Made by a program: the position numbers and the translations under genes
Assembly: GCF_001194135.2 (NCBI RefSeq)
Contig: NC_068984.1
Span: forward strand, 89,962,564-89,998,066
Reading direction: 5' to 3'
DNA: 35,503 bases
DNA from: Octopus bimaculoides
Taxonomy: Eukaryota
Shown: positions 10,917 to 24,350 of the stretch, piece after piece
How the letters are laid out: the number at the start of each line of letters is the position of its first letter
Numbering within the stretch: the first letter of the stretch is position 1
Notes under the pieces: model-generated
What the model saw: the letters and a program-made list of their open reading frames with translations, nothing else
Told to the model about the DNA's origin: nothing
Database searches by the model: none

Positions 10917-12714
10917 TCTTATATATAAATGGTAATTTCTGACTGTCTGTCTGTTACCATCTTGCTGCCCGAACCATGGAACCAATCTTCTCCAAACTTT
11001 GTATACATGTTGAACTAACATCCAGTTCAATTATAGGCTAATTGGATTTCAATAAAAATCGATAATGGGCCGACTACGGGGGTTGGGCTATTACATGATA
11101 AAATGAGAGGGGTGCAAAAGTGTTAGGTTCAGGGAAATGTGACATAATGAGGGTGGCTGATAGCAGGGAAGGGGAGGAGACAGGAAGAGATAGGTACACA
11201 GGGAATGTGAGAGACAGAGAAAACGGCTGACAGGGACACTCCCATATATATAAAAGAGAGTTTGTGTGTGTGTGTGTATATGTGTGTGTATGTGTGTGCG
11301 TGTGTGTGTGCGCGCGTATCTTCCTTATGCATTCGAAAACTGAGTTGTTGATTTTGATGTATGGGGTATCAAATGATTCATTAATCTTACGACTATCAAA
11401 TAAACTTTATTTTCATTTACATATTTGCATTAAAAAAATTTTACATTATCTTTTCTATAAATCAACTATCGTTAATATTTTATACCAAGACGAGTGTATG
11501 AGTGTGTAGCTTTAAAGACATTCATTTCTGTATATGTTATGACGAAATAGTCGCTCACTTTCTCTCACATGCACACACACATATATATGATGTATGCATA
11601 TGTATTTATGTAAGTGTATATGAAAGACGTGTGTGTGATACACAGAGAGACCGAGTGTCACTTACAAATCCATGACAACACACCTTTACCCACTAACTCT
11701 CTCTCTCCTCTCTCACGAACACACGCACGGGTGCGCACACACGCACACACACACAGACACACACACGTCCATGTCATATACACGTACACACATCTTTCTC
11801 TTTCTTTTCTCTTTCACTTTCTGCTCTCACTTCAAAGTAAATGTCGCAGCTTCACTTTCTCGTCTCTTTCAATTTCTGCTCTCTCTAAAGCATAAAGAAA
11901 TAAAAAAAAATTACAGAAATTAACGAATACATTCGAAAACTGAGTTGCCAATTTTGACGTATGGTGTCTAAAAAGATTTGACGTATGGCGTATCAAAATC
12001 TTTCAGCTAACAAATAAACTTTATTTTCATTTACATATTTTCAAAAATTTAGCATTATGATCTTTCTGTAATTCAACTATCCTAAACGACATTTTATACC
12101 ACGACGACGACGACGTCACATTTTCTATATGAGTGTGTAGCTTAAAAGACATCCATTTCTCTATACGTTATGATGAAATACAATCACTCACATGCACACG
12201 CACACATACATACACGAATACTTACATACAAAAAGATGTATGTATATCTACTAATGTACGTTTATATGAAAGATAATGTGTGTGAGAGAGAGCGCGAGTG
12301 AGTGCCACTTACACATACATGCAAAAGATACATACATGACAACACACACCTTCACTCTCTTTCTCTCTGACAGACACACAAACACACACGCGTCCATTTC
12401 ATATACACGTACATACATCTTTCCCTTTCTTCTCTCTTCCATTTTCTGTTCTCACTTCAAAGCAAATGTCGCCTTTCACTTTCTCCTCTCTTTCAACTTC
12501 TGCTCTCTTCAAAGTATAAAGAAATAAAAACAAAACTTACGAAATTAACAACCAGTCATATGACACCATAGGATCGACCATATGATCGAGTTGACAACTT
12601 TGCTGCTTCAAACGAAAGAATGCCATAAAATAACTTCCCTTGGCACACACACAAACACACGCGCGAGCGCATTCTCACACGTATAATATCCCAGGATAGA
12701 GTACTCTGCTCAGT
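10917..12714 (+). mobile_element. Putative non-autonomous Helitron-like element containing a 600-bp tandem duplication
   Basis: Starts A|TCTTATATATAAAT followed by CTGTCTGTCTGTTACC...GAACCAATCTTCTCCAAACTT, a 5' layout typical of non-autonomous Helitron/DINE-like repeats. The 3' end is only weakly suggested (GTACTCTGCTCAGTA, 12701-12715). Confidence 0.4.
11330..12550. repeat. Diverged tandem duplication, two ~600-bp units (11330-11929 and 11930-12550)
   Basis: Both units begin CATTCGAAAACTGAGTTG exactly 600 bp apart and share colinear blocks (AAATAAACTTTATTTTCATTTACATATTT; TATGAGTGTGTAGCTT; CTCACTTCAAAG.AAATGTCGC). Confidence 0.9.
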
Positions 12715-12844
12715 ATATTTACTACTTTCACCGCTTATAGAGATTTTCTAACTAGCTACTTTGTTTTATGATAAATATAATCATTTTACATTATTTAATA
12801 CACATTTTTTGTTTGTAAAACAACTTTATATATTATACATATAT

Positions 12845-12912
12845 GTATGTGTGCGTGTGTGTGCGTGTATGTATGTATGTATGTATGTATGTATGTATGT
12901 ATGTATGTATGG

Positions 12913-12966
<54 letters not shown>
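12845..12966. repeat. Compound (TATG)n-(AGAT)n microsatellite
   Basis: Direct reading. Confidence 0.96.
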
Positions 12967-14749
12967 CCTTAACGTATACATATTTTGTAGTTTGCATTTA
13001 TGTAGTAATTTTAGCAATCAAATAAATGTTTTTTTCTTAGTAAAACATGCTTTTTAACTTTAGTAATATGTATCTAATAATATAGACCCTCCAGCAAACT
13101 TGTAATATTCTTTCTACAAAATAGATTTTATTTGAAAAACTCATGCTTGCATTAGTTGTATTTCTTCTAACGTGGCTAAATATTTGATGAAAAATAATCC
13201 TACGACAAATAATAGTGGAATAATGGCTTATGTTCAGCCTCTGAACACCAAGTTGAATTTTGGTATTTCGAGAAAGAATAATGCAATAGCGTAAAAATGG
13301 AAAACCAAGACCCAGATATCTAAAAGAAGCTAAAAAAGAAACGGAGGGTACAAGTGGATTAGTAACAAGCTTTCTACTCGGAAAGTATATTGCAATAACG
13401 AAGCAATATTTCTTTCCCATTGCATGGTCAATTTCAATAGTAAAATAATCGTAATTGTTGATTTAATAGTGCCTTTAGTGGGCTATACGTAGCAAGGATT
13501 CAAATATGAAAGATATAGAGAGCTGAGAGATGTAAGAGGATGGCAGTATACAAGAATGTCATGAGATTTTAACCAAAAGGCACAATGTTACACTTGGCTT
13601 TCATTGAACGCGAGAAGGGTGACAAAACAGGGATTCCTAAACTGCAGAACGAAAGAGAAAATGCTTCATCACGGATTTGGCAGGGGAATATGAGATAAAG
13701 ACCAATGCCAAGGGCACAGAACAAACATTCCGAAACAGTAAAACAAAATAACCGCTGTATGTTTGGAACGGCTGTAATTACCTCTGTTTTGGTGTGGTCA
13801 TTTCATAAATAATAGGAAGAAAAATATGTGTGCTGTGATATAGGCCGAAAGTAGCTAGACATTCCCTCGTAGTCTCAAATTTGCAAGGCACTGCATGAGG
13901 GAGTGATTTGATCGGATGGTGACAAAATCACTGTGTTACTTAGTCGACAGCTAATGAAAAGAATGTCACGAAGTGCAAACTGCAAATAATATAATAAATA
14001 TGTATATAAGAACTACTTGTTCTAAAGTTATCGGGGTAGTGTTATATCTCAGATAACATACTTATTTAAGAATTATCAATTTTGACATTTGAAGTTCGTC
14101 AGTTTTGGTATGAATAGAATCAAATATGTTCTCTTCCTCTGTTATATGTTATATATCACTCGATCATTTGGCGGTGTTGATTTAATAATCCATTCTAAGT
14201 TACGTTATATTCTAAGGTTTATATATGAAGAAATTAATTAATCTTATAGAAGGCAATGTTTATTCTTCGTCTAAAATAATTTTAAGATTGTAAATATTAG
14301 GGAAAACATATCCAGGGTTATATATTTAAATTTTAACTAATCATGTTCCCTTCGGATATTATGACCTCATCATTATTTTAGAACGTATATAGAATTAATT
14401 CATAATTTTGTTAGCGTGTTATACAACTTTCCTTAAGTGTTTATTAGTTAATATTGCCGTTGGTTAATTTTCAATAAACTATTTTTGAGAAACATTGGTT
14501 TCAATAGTTTTGTTTAGGTATAGATAGGTGTAGTGTTAATTATATATCTATATACAGTGTCTGTATATTCTTGGTATATTACATTATTTCCTTTGAAGAG
14601 AAAAAAACGGTATCTTTTTCTGAAGAAGTGCGTGTAATTGACAAATAAATCTCAGTCTACAACCGGTTCAAGACTTCAACTTGAAGGGACAAGAGCATGT
14701 ACTCCAGTTGGAATTTCTCTCAGATGGGAAATAAACAAACGCTTCTTCG

Positions 14750-15660
14750 GTCAAGATTATATTTCCCCTCATTATTGATAACATAATCTCATCTACCTGG
14801 CAAATAGTTTATTGCTCACTCAAACACTCAGAATCGACGTTTTCACAATTAATAAACTGTTTTCTATCTAAATAATGCTGAAATGCTGATTGTTAGATGA
14901 AGCGAGGTCAGGAGAGTAAGGAGGGTCAAGTAAAGCTTCAACATTTAGTGCCAAAATCTTTTCCTGAGTGATTGATTTAAGCGATATGAGGTCTTGAATT
15001 TTCATGTGAGCCACATCTTTTTACTTTTTGAATGCTTTTTCTGCAAATGTATGTGCAATACTTCCAGATGTCGATAATGTTTCTCCGTGCTTACTGTTTC
15101 GTTTTAGTTTAACACTATGATTGACGGCATTCATCATATAAACTCCAATCACAATGCATAACTCTTTCCTACTGTGATTCCGGTTTGGAATGGATTCTCC
15201 TCTTTTACTGGATGTTGTCTTTCCTTAGATATGATTTCAGGGAACCCTCTTTTCATTACTTATGCTGATTCTATCAGGAAAGGTTTGATAGCAAGTCTTC
15301 TCTTCAATAACGAACAGAGAGAAACTCTTTAATAAGAGAAGTAATCAAATGATGAAATCCCAGTGACCAAGTTTATACATTTTCCCCCTAGTTTTTTAAG
15401 GTGATTTATGGTTGAAGTGCGACTTGAATTGAACTGTTCTGCTAATTATCATGCAATTTGCTTTGGATTTTCAGAAGCTCAGCATTGATAAAATTTGGTC
15501 ATCTAGATTGAGATAAAACGTTCCCTAATGAAGCTGGTCATACCATCGCCGGCAGGTCCGGACATTTAAAGTTTCATTTTCATAGACAAAATGCAAATTC
15601 CTCGCCGCTTTTGAATTTATACAGTATATGCAGTATCCTATATGGGTCTGATATAAACTC
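14750..15660 (-). mobile_element. Second, more decayed mariner transposase fossil (not flagged by the ORF track)
   Basis: Minus-strand translation across frameshifts gives HILYKFKSG, ENETLNVRTCRRWY, INHLKKLG, DRISISNEKRV (DEKW site), KVMLC.W, HENSRPHIA, DPPYSPDLASSN (14899-14925) and GKYNLD at the end. Confidence 0.85.
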
Positions 15661-16859
15661 ATTTTAATAGGGTAAACTCAATTCGAATTTAAGCATTACG
15701 GTATCAAGATATTTGCAAAGAAAGAAGAAAAACATTAGAACCTCAAAATTAATGCTTATTTTACCGTAAGCTTTGAAAATGTAATCTCAAAACGACCAAG
15801 TCAAAATTGCGACTTTTCAACTTACTATATTTGTTTCAAATTGAAAAACAAAGTCTCAAATATAATTTTTCAAAAATTCGCATAATATCAGTAATAATAT
15901 CGATAATGAAATCCTTAATCTGTATTGACATTTTGAAGTTGGTTTAATACATTTATCAAGAAAGAATGTATCAGATTCCTGTATGTCATCACTTCTTCAA
16001 ATCAATTATTACAAGAAATTACGAACACAATCAGAAACGAAGCTCGGTTAAAAAAGTAAATCTATTATTAGAAATAGAGTTTATGAATATCCGTTCCAAG
16101 AACAATATTTTAACACCTTATATATAGTTATTCAATCGCAGCTATACTTGTTGGAGTTTGTGTATACTAGAAAATGGAGACGATAATGTAATTTTACGCA
16201 CTTGAAATTTATGCTACTTTAATTTCTTTCACTTTACTAGGTTTCAGAATATTCTTCAAAAGATACCTTCGGATTCAAATAAGAAAAAAAAAAGAGGACT
16301 GACTTTATTATATTTTCAGTATTTTAAAAACTTTTTCATTCAAGTTAATATATTTTATAAATGTTTTGCTGTCTATATAGAACTATACTGATACAGATGT
16401 ATCTAATTAACTCCATTTCCTTAATGATGAAGTGCGATTAAATATGCAAATTGCTTCTTTTTATATTATTTTCAATCTCATCCACTAAGCAAAAGCTTCA
16501 TTCTTCAAAACAGAATCGACTTTCTTATATCCAGAATATTTGTTGAATATTTCTTATCTCTTTTGTAAAATAATAAAGACTGGTTTTATCTCTGATATTG
16601 TACACGAAGCTGAGAATATTAACATTATGTGTGCATTGGTATTAACAATCAAGACACACTGTTTAACTTATAATCAATCAAAACGGACAAATAAAGATAA
16701 TTTTAATTTACCTCTACAATGACAGTGTTAGATAATTTGAATTTTGTTTTTGATTTTAGTAAAGTTTCAGTAATGGTCTGTTTGTCTATGCAATAATTTA
16801 CTCCTCATAAAAAGGTGATTCAAATGAAACTTTGTAAAGTTTATTCAACTCTTATTGCC

Positions 16860-16864
16860 TAATC

Positions 16865-16917
<53 letters not shown>

Positions 16918-17024
16918 GTATGTATGTCTGCCTATCCATCCATCCGGCCGTCCATCCATCCATCCATCCATCTATCGATCCATCCATCCATCCATCTATC
17001 TATCTATTTATCTATCTATCTATC
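16860..17024. repeat. Compound (TATC)n/(CATC)n microsatellite; 5' flank of the Tx1 element
   Basis: Direct reading. Confidence 0.96.
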
Positions 17025-18349
17025 GACGTGTTGTCGCATCGGCTCCGCAGGTAATCGCTTTTTTCGACCTTTTATTGCACACATGTTGTTTTAATCTTTG
17101 CACACGAAGTGTGTGGAGCACCTAACTTTCGTTTGAATGTGTTTTCAATGGAGGAATTGGCCCTAGGGTCAGTTTCAACTCTATTTAAATTTCTTTTTTT
17201 TCTCGACTTTGAAAAATGTCGAGAAATTTCATAGTGGAAGGCTGGTCAAATTCGTTCATGAACCAGCATTTCCCTAGCCTTGAAACGCTAGAAGAAAAAA
17301 GAAAGAACAACTCCTGCACGCACACACTCGAATACAAACAGAGACATGAAAAATATGAAAACAAANNNNNNNNNNNNNNNNNNNNNNNNNNNNNNNNNNN
17401 NNNNNNNNNNNNNNNNNNNNNNNNNNNNNNNNNNNNNNNNNNNNNNNNNNNNNNNNNNNNNNNNNNNNNNNNNNNNNNNNNNNNNNNNNNNNNNNNNNNN
17501 NNNNNNNNNNNNNNNNNNNNNNNNNNNNNNNNNNNNNNNNNNNNNNNNNNNNNNNNNNNNNNNNNNNNNNNNNNNNNNNNNNNNNNNNNNNNNNNNNNNN
17601 NNNNNNNNNNNNNNNNNNNNNNNNNNNNNNNNNNNNNNNNNNNNNNNNNNNNNNNNNNNNNNNNNNNNNNNNNNNNNNNNNNNNNNNNNNNNNNNNNNNN
17701 NNNNNNNNNNNNNNNNNNNNNNNNNNNNNNNNNNNNNNNNNNNNNNNNNNNNNNNNNNNNNNNNNNNNNNNNNNNNNNNNNNNNNNNNNNNNNNNNNNNN
17801 NNNNNNNNNNNNNNNNNNNNNNNNNNNNNNNNNNNNNNNNNNNNNNNNNNNNNNNNNNNNNNNNNNNNNNNNNNNNNNNNNNNNNNNNNNNNNNNNNNNN
17901 NNNNNNNNNNNNNNNNNNNNNNNNNNNNNNNNNNNNNNNNNNNNNNNNNNNNNNNNNNNNNATCTTCGCGTCTCTCAGATTTGCCTTTGTTTTGTTCATA
18001 TTTTTCATGTCTCTGTTTGTATTCGAGTGTGTGCGTGCAGGAGTTGTTCTTTCTTTTTTCTTCTAGCGTTTCAAGGCTAGGGAAATGCTGGTTCATGAAC
18101 GAATTTGACCAGCCTTCCACTATGAAATTTCTCGACATTTTTCAAAGTCGAGAAAAAAAAGAAATTTAAATAGAGTTGAAACTGACCCTAGGGCCAATTC
18201 CTCCATTGAAAACACATTCAAACGAAAGTTAGGTGCTTCACACACTTCGTGTGCAAAGATTAAAACAACATGTGTGCAATAAAAGGTCGAAAAAAGCGAT
18301 TACCTGCGGAGCCGATGCGACAACACGTCGATAGATAGATAGATAAATA
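17005..18349. repeat. Near-perfect inverted repeat (17005-17365 vs 17962-18349) around a 596-N gap
   Basis: The arms are reverse complements with one substitution (GGAGCACC vs GAAGCACC) and a small indel at the gap edge. Mirrored identical ORFs appear in the track. Confidence 0.95.
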
Positions 18350-21300
18350 TATTAGATATTGCTGTCTTACAGCAACAGAATTAGTCGGGAAAATCTATTC
18401 AGTTGCTGATGCAAATAGATCAGGATTCAATAAATAGCGTCCCACATCAAATTGAGCTGTCAGACGGCCATAATCTATACGTAGTGGTAGAAAGTAGGAG
18501 GCCTCGCTGTTACCTGTGTGGCAGCGAAGAGCACCTAAATACTGTGCCCAACAGCGAAGGAACAACAAAAACAACAACAACAACCACCACGACCAGAAAA
18601 ATCTAAAAAAATGCGCTGCTACCCACACCAGAGAAGACTGACAACAGGGTTAGTACAACGAAACAAACGCACCAACCAAACCCGCTAACACCAACATTTG
18701 AAAGTGCAGCAGCACCTGGAAAACACCAACAAACCAGCAGCAAGAACTAAAGAAACGGAAAAACCGAAAGAAAATACAAAAACTGATTCCCCTTCTCCTA
18801 TATCACATACACCACACACAATCAACAGCTAACATCAACGAAAGCAACAACACAACCACTTACACAAACACACATAGATGCTTACGATATGCCCTTATCC
18901 CCTTCCGATTCCTCAGAACTTTCGTCGGAAGACGAAAGCAGTGAGGAATGGCAAATAGCCAGAAAAGGAAGGAGCAAGAGGAGCAAGAAAAGAACAAAAG
19001 CAAACGCCAACAAAGCATGGAGATACACAACACCCGAAAACATTTCGAACAAACACAAGCATAAACAAACCAACACCGCAAAAACATATGCAGCAACGAT
19101 GCTCCCAGCCATAAACACGAGAAACACAGAGTTGATGGAATGCATCAACACCAAAACAAACTTAACCTACGATGACATCAAAACAAACAATCACCCACAC
19201 ACAACACCACCAGAACGCATCAAAATATTGCATATTACACCAACCCTGCACCACACACTAAAATGCATATATCCCGAAACGGCTGGAAAATGCCAAAAAT
19301 GCCTTTCAAAAAACTTTATTGTGATCTCCTCGAGGACAAACCGAAGGAGGAGACACAAAATCTTTCGAGCAGTAAGTGACTCTCTGTTCCTTTCGTTTGT
19401 GTTTTAAAACACACAACTCATTAGGATTATGATCAAGATTGGTTGTGTTAATGCGCGTGGCTTGGAGTCCCCTTGGAAACAAGGGTACCTCTTAAATGAC
19501 ATAAAGTCACGCGAGTTAGAAATTATAGCCATAAGTGAGACCAGACTCCATAATCATGTTCGGCGGACAGATTAATATTTATTTTTCTCCCTGTTTGCCG
19601 AGAATGGGCGGTAGTGGTGCGGCGGTACTTGTTCGCAATAGTCTGGATCTCGAAGTAAAGACAATATTCGTAGACCCGGAGGGTAGACTGGTTGTCATGG
19701 ATGTCGATAGCAGCAATGGTTGATCTTTTCGACTCATATCAGTCTACGCACCGCCTTTAACAGGTCGGCCGGATTTTTTCGATGTCTAAAAGTAGTCCTA
19801 GGAATGTCTCTTCCTTTACTTTTAGTGGGGGATTGGAATGCTACCTTGGACACGCATCTAGACTACGTGGGGAGAGATAGGACTAGAAGGGGATGCAAAT
19901 GCCTCAGATACCTGCTCAAACGTTTTCAACTGTCTTATAGGTACCGACTCAACAACCCGAATGCGCCAACGTGGTCATGGAGTAACCGCATTGGGTTGTC
20001 GAGATTGTATCTAGATAGAATACTGTGTAGGACAGTAGATAGAGATAACGTAGAGAGTCCAAAACTCCACATAGTCAGCTACACGGATGACAAACTCGTG
20101 ATGCGTACGCTAGACTTAGATAAGGCACATAGGCAGTGTCACGGTTACTTGAAATTGAATGCGTCTTTCCCGTCAAGGCAGGTTTACAGAGACGAGACTA
20201 TCACGCTAGTGAAGAGGCCTTTGACAGGAGCCATCATCAACAACACAATGGTAGTTTGCCCTCAAGGGAACAATAAGGTATAGCAAAGCGCTAGCGATAG
20301 ATAGAAACAAAATAGAATGTGACCTAGTTAAGAAGCTAGAAGAGGCAATCAGAAGTGGCATCGCATCCGACGTATTGGCGGCTAGGTTGGCTTTCGACCA
20401 ACACTTCAACGCCAAACACGAAGGGTGTGTTGTCAGGGCTAGGGTGCGTGCTCTAAAGAACGAGGCCAGGGTTGGTGGAGGACAACAAAGCCACCATTCG
20501 GTCTGTGGTGGATGAACAGGGATGCGAATTACTCAAGCCCAGTAAAATGTGTGAGGCCTTTCAGCAACATTTTGCCCGATTATTCTGGACGAGTGGCGAG
20601 CGAGAACCCAGGGCCGACTTCAGTGTCTACCTGCACAGCCTGCCACGACTCTCGGCAAGAGAGGCATAGTGTTGCGAAAGTGCCATCATGGCTGCGGACG
20701 TGCGGGACGCGATGGCAGAATGCTCGAGGGACAAATCGCCGGGTTTGGATTGTCAGCCCTACGAGCTTTACAGTTGTATGCCAGACTTGTTTGGAGACGT
20801 CTTCGCAGCAGTCTACTGCAACTGGCAGCAAAATGGGAGCATCCCTAGTTTTGTGAGTCGAAGAGCTGTAACGCTGCTAAAGAAAGATCAAAACAAGGGG
20901 GATGTCATAGATAACTTCAGGTCCATCACTCTGCTCAATGCAAATTTGAAAATTTTGACCAAGGTGTTAGCCAAGAGGTTGGCGCTTGTCATCGAGAAAC
21001 TGGTCAACAAGGCGTAAACGTGCGCCGTGCCGGGCTGGAGCATCCATGACAACTTCCATCTGATGCGCTACATCATAGACAGGATAGTTAAGGAACTTGG
21101 CATGGGTGGAGCCCTCATCAATCTGGATCAATCCAAAGCTTTCGATAGGGTAGACCATCGATACTTGGAGGCTGTCTTCATAGCGGCTGGATAGATGCCA
21201 TGGTCCGGTCAAGTTGCTCGGGGTCTGGTTTGGTCCTGACCTCCAAACGGAGAAGAACTGGGCCGAAATAACGAGTAGGGTGGCCACTCTCTCCTGGCAA

Positions 21301-23160
21301 TAGGCCGAGAGTAAGTTGTCCCTAAAAGATCGGGTGGAGGTGGCGAACGCGGACATCGCGTCTGTCATCTTCTGCCGCCTGACCGTCGAGCCTTGTCCCG
21401 ACCCTACCATCACCAAACTGGAACGCATATTTTTCCGATTTTGTGCAAAGGAAGCATTCCGATGGTCAGACGATCTGTGTGCTGCTAAAAGGAGAGCTGG
21501 GCATGCCGTGGTTAATGATACACAGACATGCGCTGAGACTGCGACATCTCTCAACTATCTGACAAGGCATATTGACTTGATCGGCGAGTCACTAAAAGGA
21601 TACGAAGCGGTAACGAGAGCGATAAACTGGAAAAGTCAGTGGGCTTGAGACTCGGCACCTGGAGAAATAAGCCCATGCCGTCCAACAGCGTCTCTATCTT
21701 GGGACACTGGACCGACAGACCGTTTAAATTGCTCGGGGTCTGGTTCGGTCCAGACATCCAAATGGAGAAGAACTGGGACGAGATAACGAGTAGGGCGGCC
21801 ACTCTCTCCCAGCAATGGACCGAGAGGAAGCTATCCCTAAAAGATCAGGCGAAGGTGGCGAACACGTACATCGCATCCGTCATCTATTACCGTCTGACCA
21901 TCGTGCCTTGTCCCGACCCTACCATCACCAAACTGGAACGCATACTCTTCCGCTTTTTGTGGAAAGGAAGCGTTCTGATTTGCTGTCAATACCTGCTAAA
22001 TGAAGGGCTGGGCATGCTGTGGTTGATGATGCGCAGACATGCGCTGAGACTGCGACATCTCTAGCGCTTCATAGACGACGGTGAACAGGTGTGGTCGCCG
22101 TTTGTGAGACGCGCTTTCCTGAAGCTCGTCTCTTTGGCCGAAATGCAGTCTTGGATCAAATAGAGAATCGCACAGCAAGTGTCGCTGTGCTCTCGAGCAA
22201 CTCTGCCGTCCGGGAACAAACTTGTGAAACTCTACTTCCACAAAAGCGTTCTATAGACGATTAGTGGAGGGGAGGTGTGACGACATNNNNNNNNNNNNNN
22301 NNNNNNNNNNNNNNNNNNNNNNNNNNNNNNNNNNNNNNNNNNNNNNNNNNNNNNNNNNNNNNNNNNNNNNNNNNNNNNNNNNNNNNNNNNNNNNNNNNNN
22401 NNNNNNNNNNNNNNNNNNNNNNNNNNNNNNNNNNNNNNNNNNNNNNNNNNNNNNNNNNNNNNNNNNNNNNNNNNNNNNNNNNNNNNNNNNNNNNNNNNNN
22501 NNNNNNNNNNNNNNNNNNNNNNNNNNNNNNNNNNNNNNNNNNNNNNNNNNNNNNNNNNNNNNNNNNNNNNNNNNNNNNNNNNNNNNNNNNNNNNNNNNNN
22601 NNNNNNNNNNNNNNNNNNNNNNNNNNNNNNNNNNNNNNNNNNNNNNNNNNNNNNNNNNNNNNNNNNNNNNNNNNNNNNNNNNNNNNNNNNNNNNNNNNNN
22701 NNNNNNNNNNNNNNNNNNNNNNNNNNNNNNNNNNNNNNNNNNNNNNNNNNNNNNNNNNNNNNNNNNNNNNNNNNNNTCTCATGAAAGTTTCATTAAAAGG
22801 TGGGTGAATGTAGCAAAGATGGTATGCGTGAATGACAAAACCGCTTTGAGCATGATCCTATAAATCCAAAAGAAAGAGAGCGCGCTTTGCTCTCATGTGC
22901 TTCTTTCTCTGTCTGAGGTTACAGTGGTCTTTTTCATAGGCTTTTCTTTCCATGGATAAACCTAATCTGTATTACATTTTACTCCCACTATTGGGAATTC
23001 TATTATGAACAGAACATTGTTATTTCGCTGTTTACACGTCCAAAACGCTTTCGACTTCTTTTGATCCAATTTTTTTTTCTTTTTTTTTTTCTCTTTCGAA
23101 AAGAAAAGTTCTACATTGTATTGTCCCCTCTGTATTCGGTCCTGCGTGGCTAATAAAGAA
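17025..23160 (+). mobile_element. Decayed near-full-length Tx1-like LINE, copy 2 (rearranged)
   Basis: ORF1 remnant with frameshifted zinc knuckle RRPRCYLCGSEEHL (18508). ORF2 from 19429 (MIKIGCVNARGL...IAISETRL, PEGRLVVMDV, VGDWNA, YLDRI). RT N-terminal half KSPGLD, NFRSITLLNANLKILTKVLAKRL, LDQSKAFDRVDH, then KLLGVWFG. Stop at 22861-22863, 3' UTR, AATAAA at 23152 and (ATCT)n. Assigning 17025-17365 as the 5' end is an inference from position. Confidence 0.88.

Positions 23161-23198
<38 letters not shown>
23161..23198. repeat. (ATCT)n tract at the Tx1 3' end
   Basis: Direct reading; begins 4 nt after AATAAA. Confidence 0.95.
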
Positions 23199-24300
23199 AC
23201 AACAATTTCACTATGTTTTCCTTCTCTTTACTACATTTGAGAATGTTTGCCAAAGACAGTAAGTCATTTTCGGATTATCTATCTTTGTACGCTTCTCACA
23301 TGATAAGAACGTACTTGTAACACTGTATTAAGGATAATTGTTTTCAAATATATCAATTTATATACTTAGTGACAAATGTAATCTTTGTTTGGTGGCAAAG
23401 GTTAGCTACAGCACAGAATAGTGTGCTAAAGCCTGTTTTGTTCATGAGGCAGGAGTTTAAAGATAGAAAATGGTATGAATGTAGGTAAATGATAGATGAT
23501 GCATGCAAACTAATCTCATTTCATATTAGTTTCATATTAATGAGCAAAGTGTCTACTTCTCCCTTTTTAAATTTTCGTCAATGATATTTTGAATTTAGCA
23601 AAATTTGCTTTACTTTATTACAGGTGTCATCCAGGTTTCAAAAATGATATTAGTTCGGCTCTTCAAAGACTTAAAATATATTTTTATTTATAAGAAAACC
23701 AAATGAATTTGGCAGTTTATCAAATTAACTGCCATTCACAATATAGTGATTCTCATTTGAATATCCAAAAACAAAATCATCTAGTTCTCTCTACTTAAAT
23801 TTGCTTTAACACAGGTTTTGTGTTGAAGAAGTAAAATTGATGTCCAACTCATCCCTTTCTCAAAGATGTTACTAGAATCTAAGCTAGTCTTCTGATTCAT
23901 TAGGAGCCTACCGTTCTTTTAAGAAAGCGAGTTGAATCTCTGAGAAAGACCTAGTGCATATTTTATGTTGACTATACATGAAGCCACATATCCGTTTTGA
24001 ACATTAATTTATCATGCACAGCAGAATACCTACCTGAATTATTTTCATAATGTGCGTTGTGTTGCTTTAAATGTACATTTTACCGCACTTCTATATTTAA
24101 ATAACTGTCGCCTGATTCTGAAAAATTAGCAGAAACATACATCTGCTGGAAACAGTATTTTAATCCGATAAAATAAAATCCGATTAAAACAGAAAATTTC
24201 AGGAAATACGAAAAGTCTTTCTTAATCATTTTATTTTCTCAATATAATGAGGAGAATGAAGTTGTTTAAAAGCAATACGTTTATACCTGTCACCCAAGCC

Positions 24301-24306
24301 CTCTTC

Positions 24307-24344
<38 letters not shown>

Positions 24345-24350
24345 TTCTCT
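24301..24350. repeat. (CT)n microsatellite running into a gap
   Basis: Direct reading. Confidence 0.93.

Noticed and set aside
13037-13420. 127-aa minus-strand ORF in unique sequence
   Set aside because: No recognisable domain or convincing splice signals; compatible with chance.
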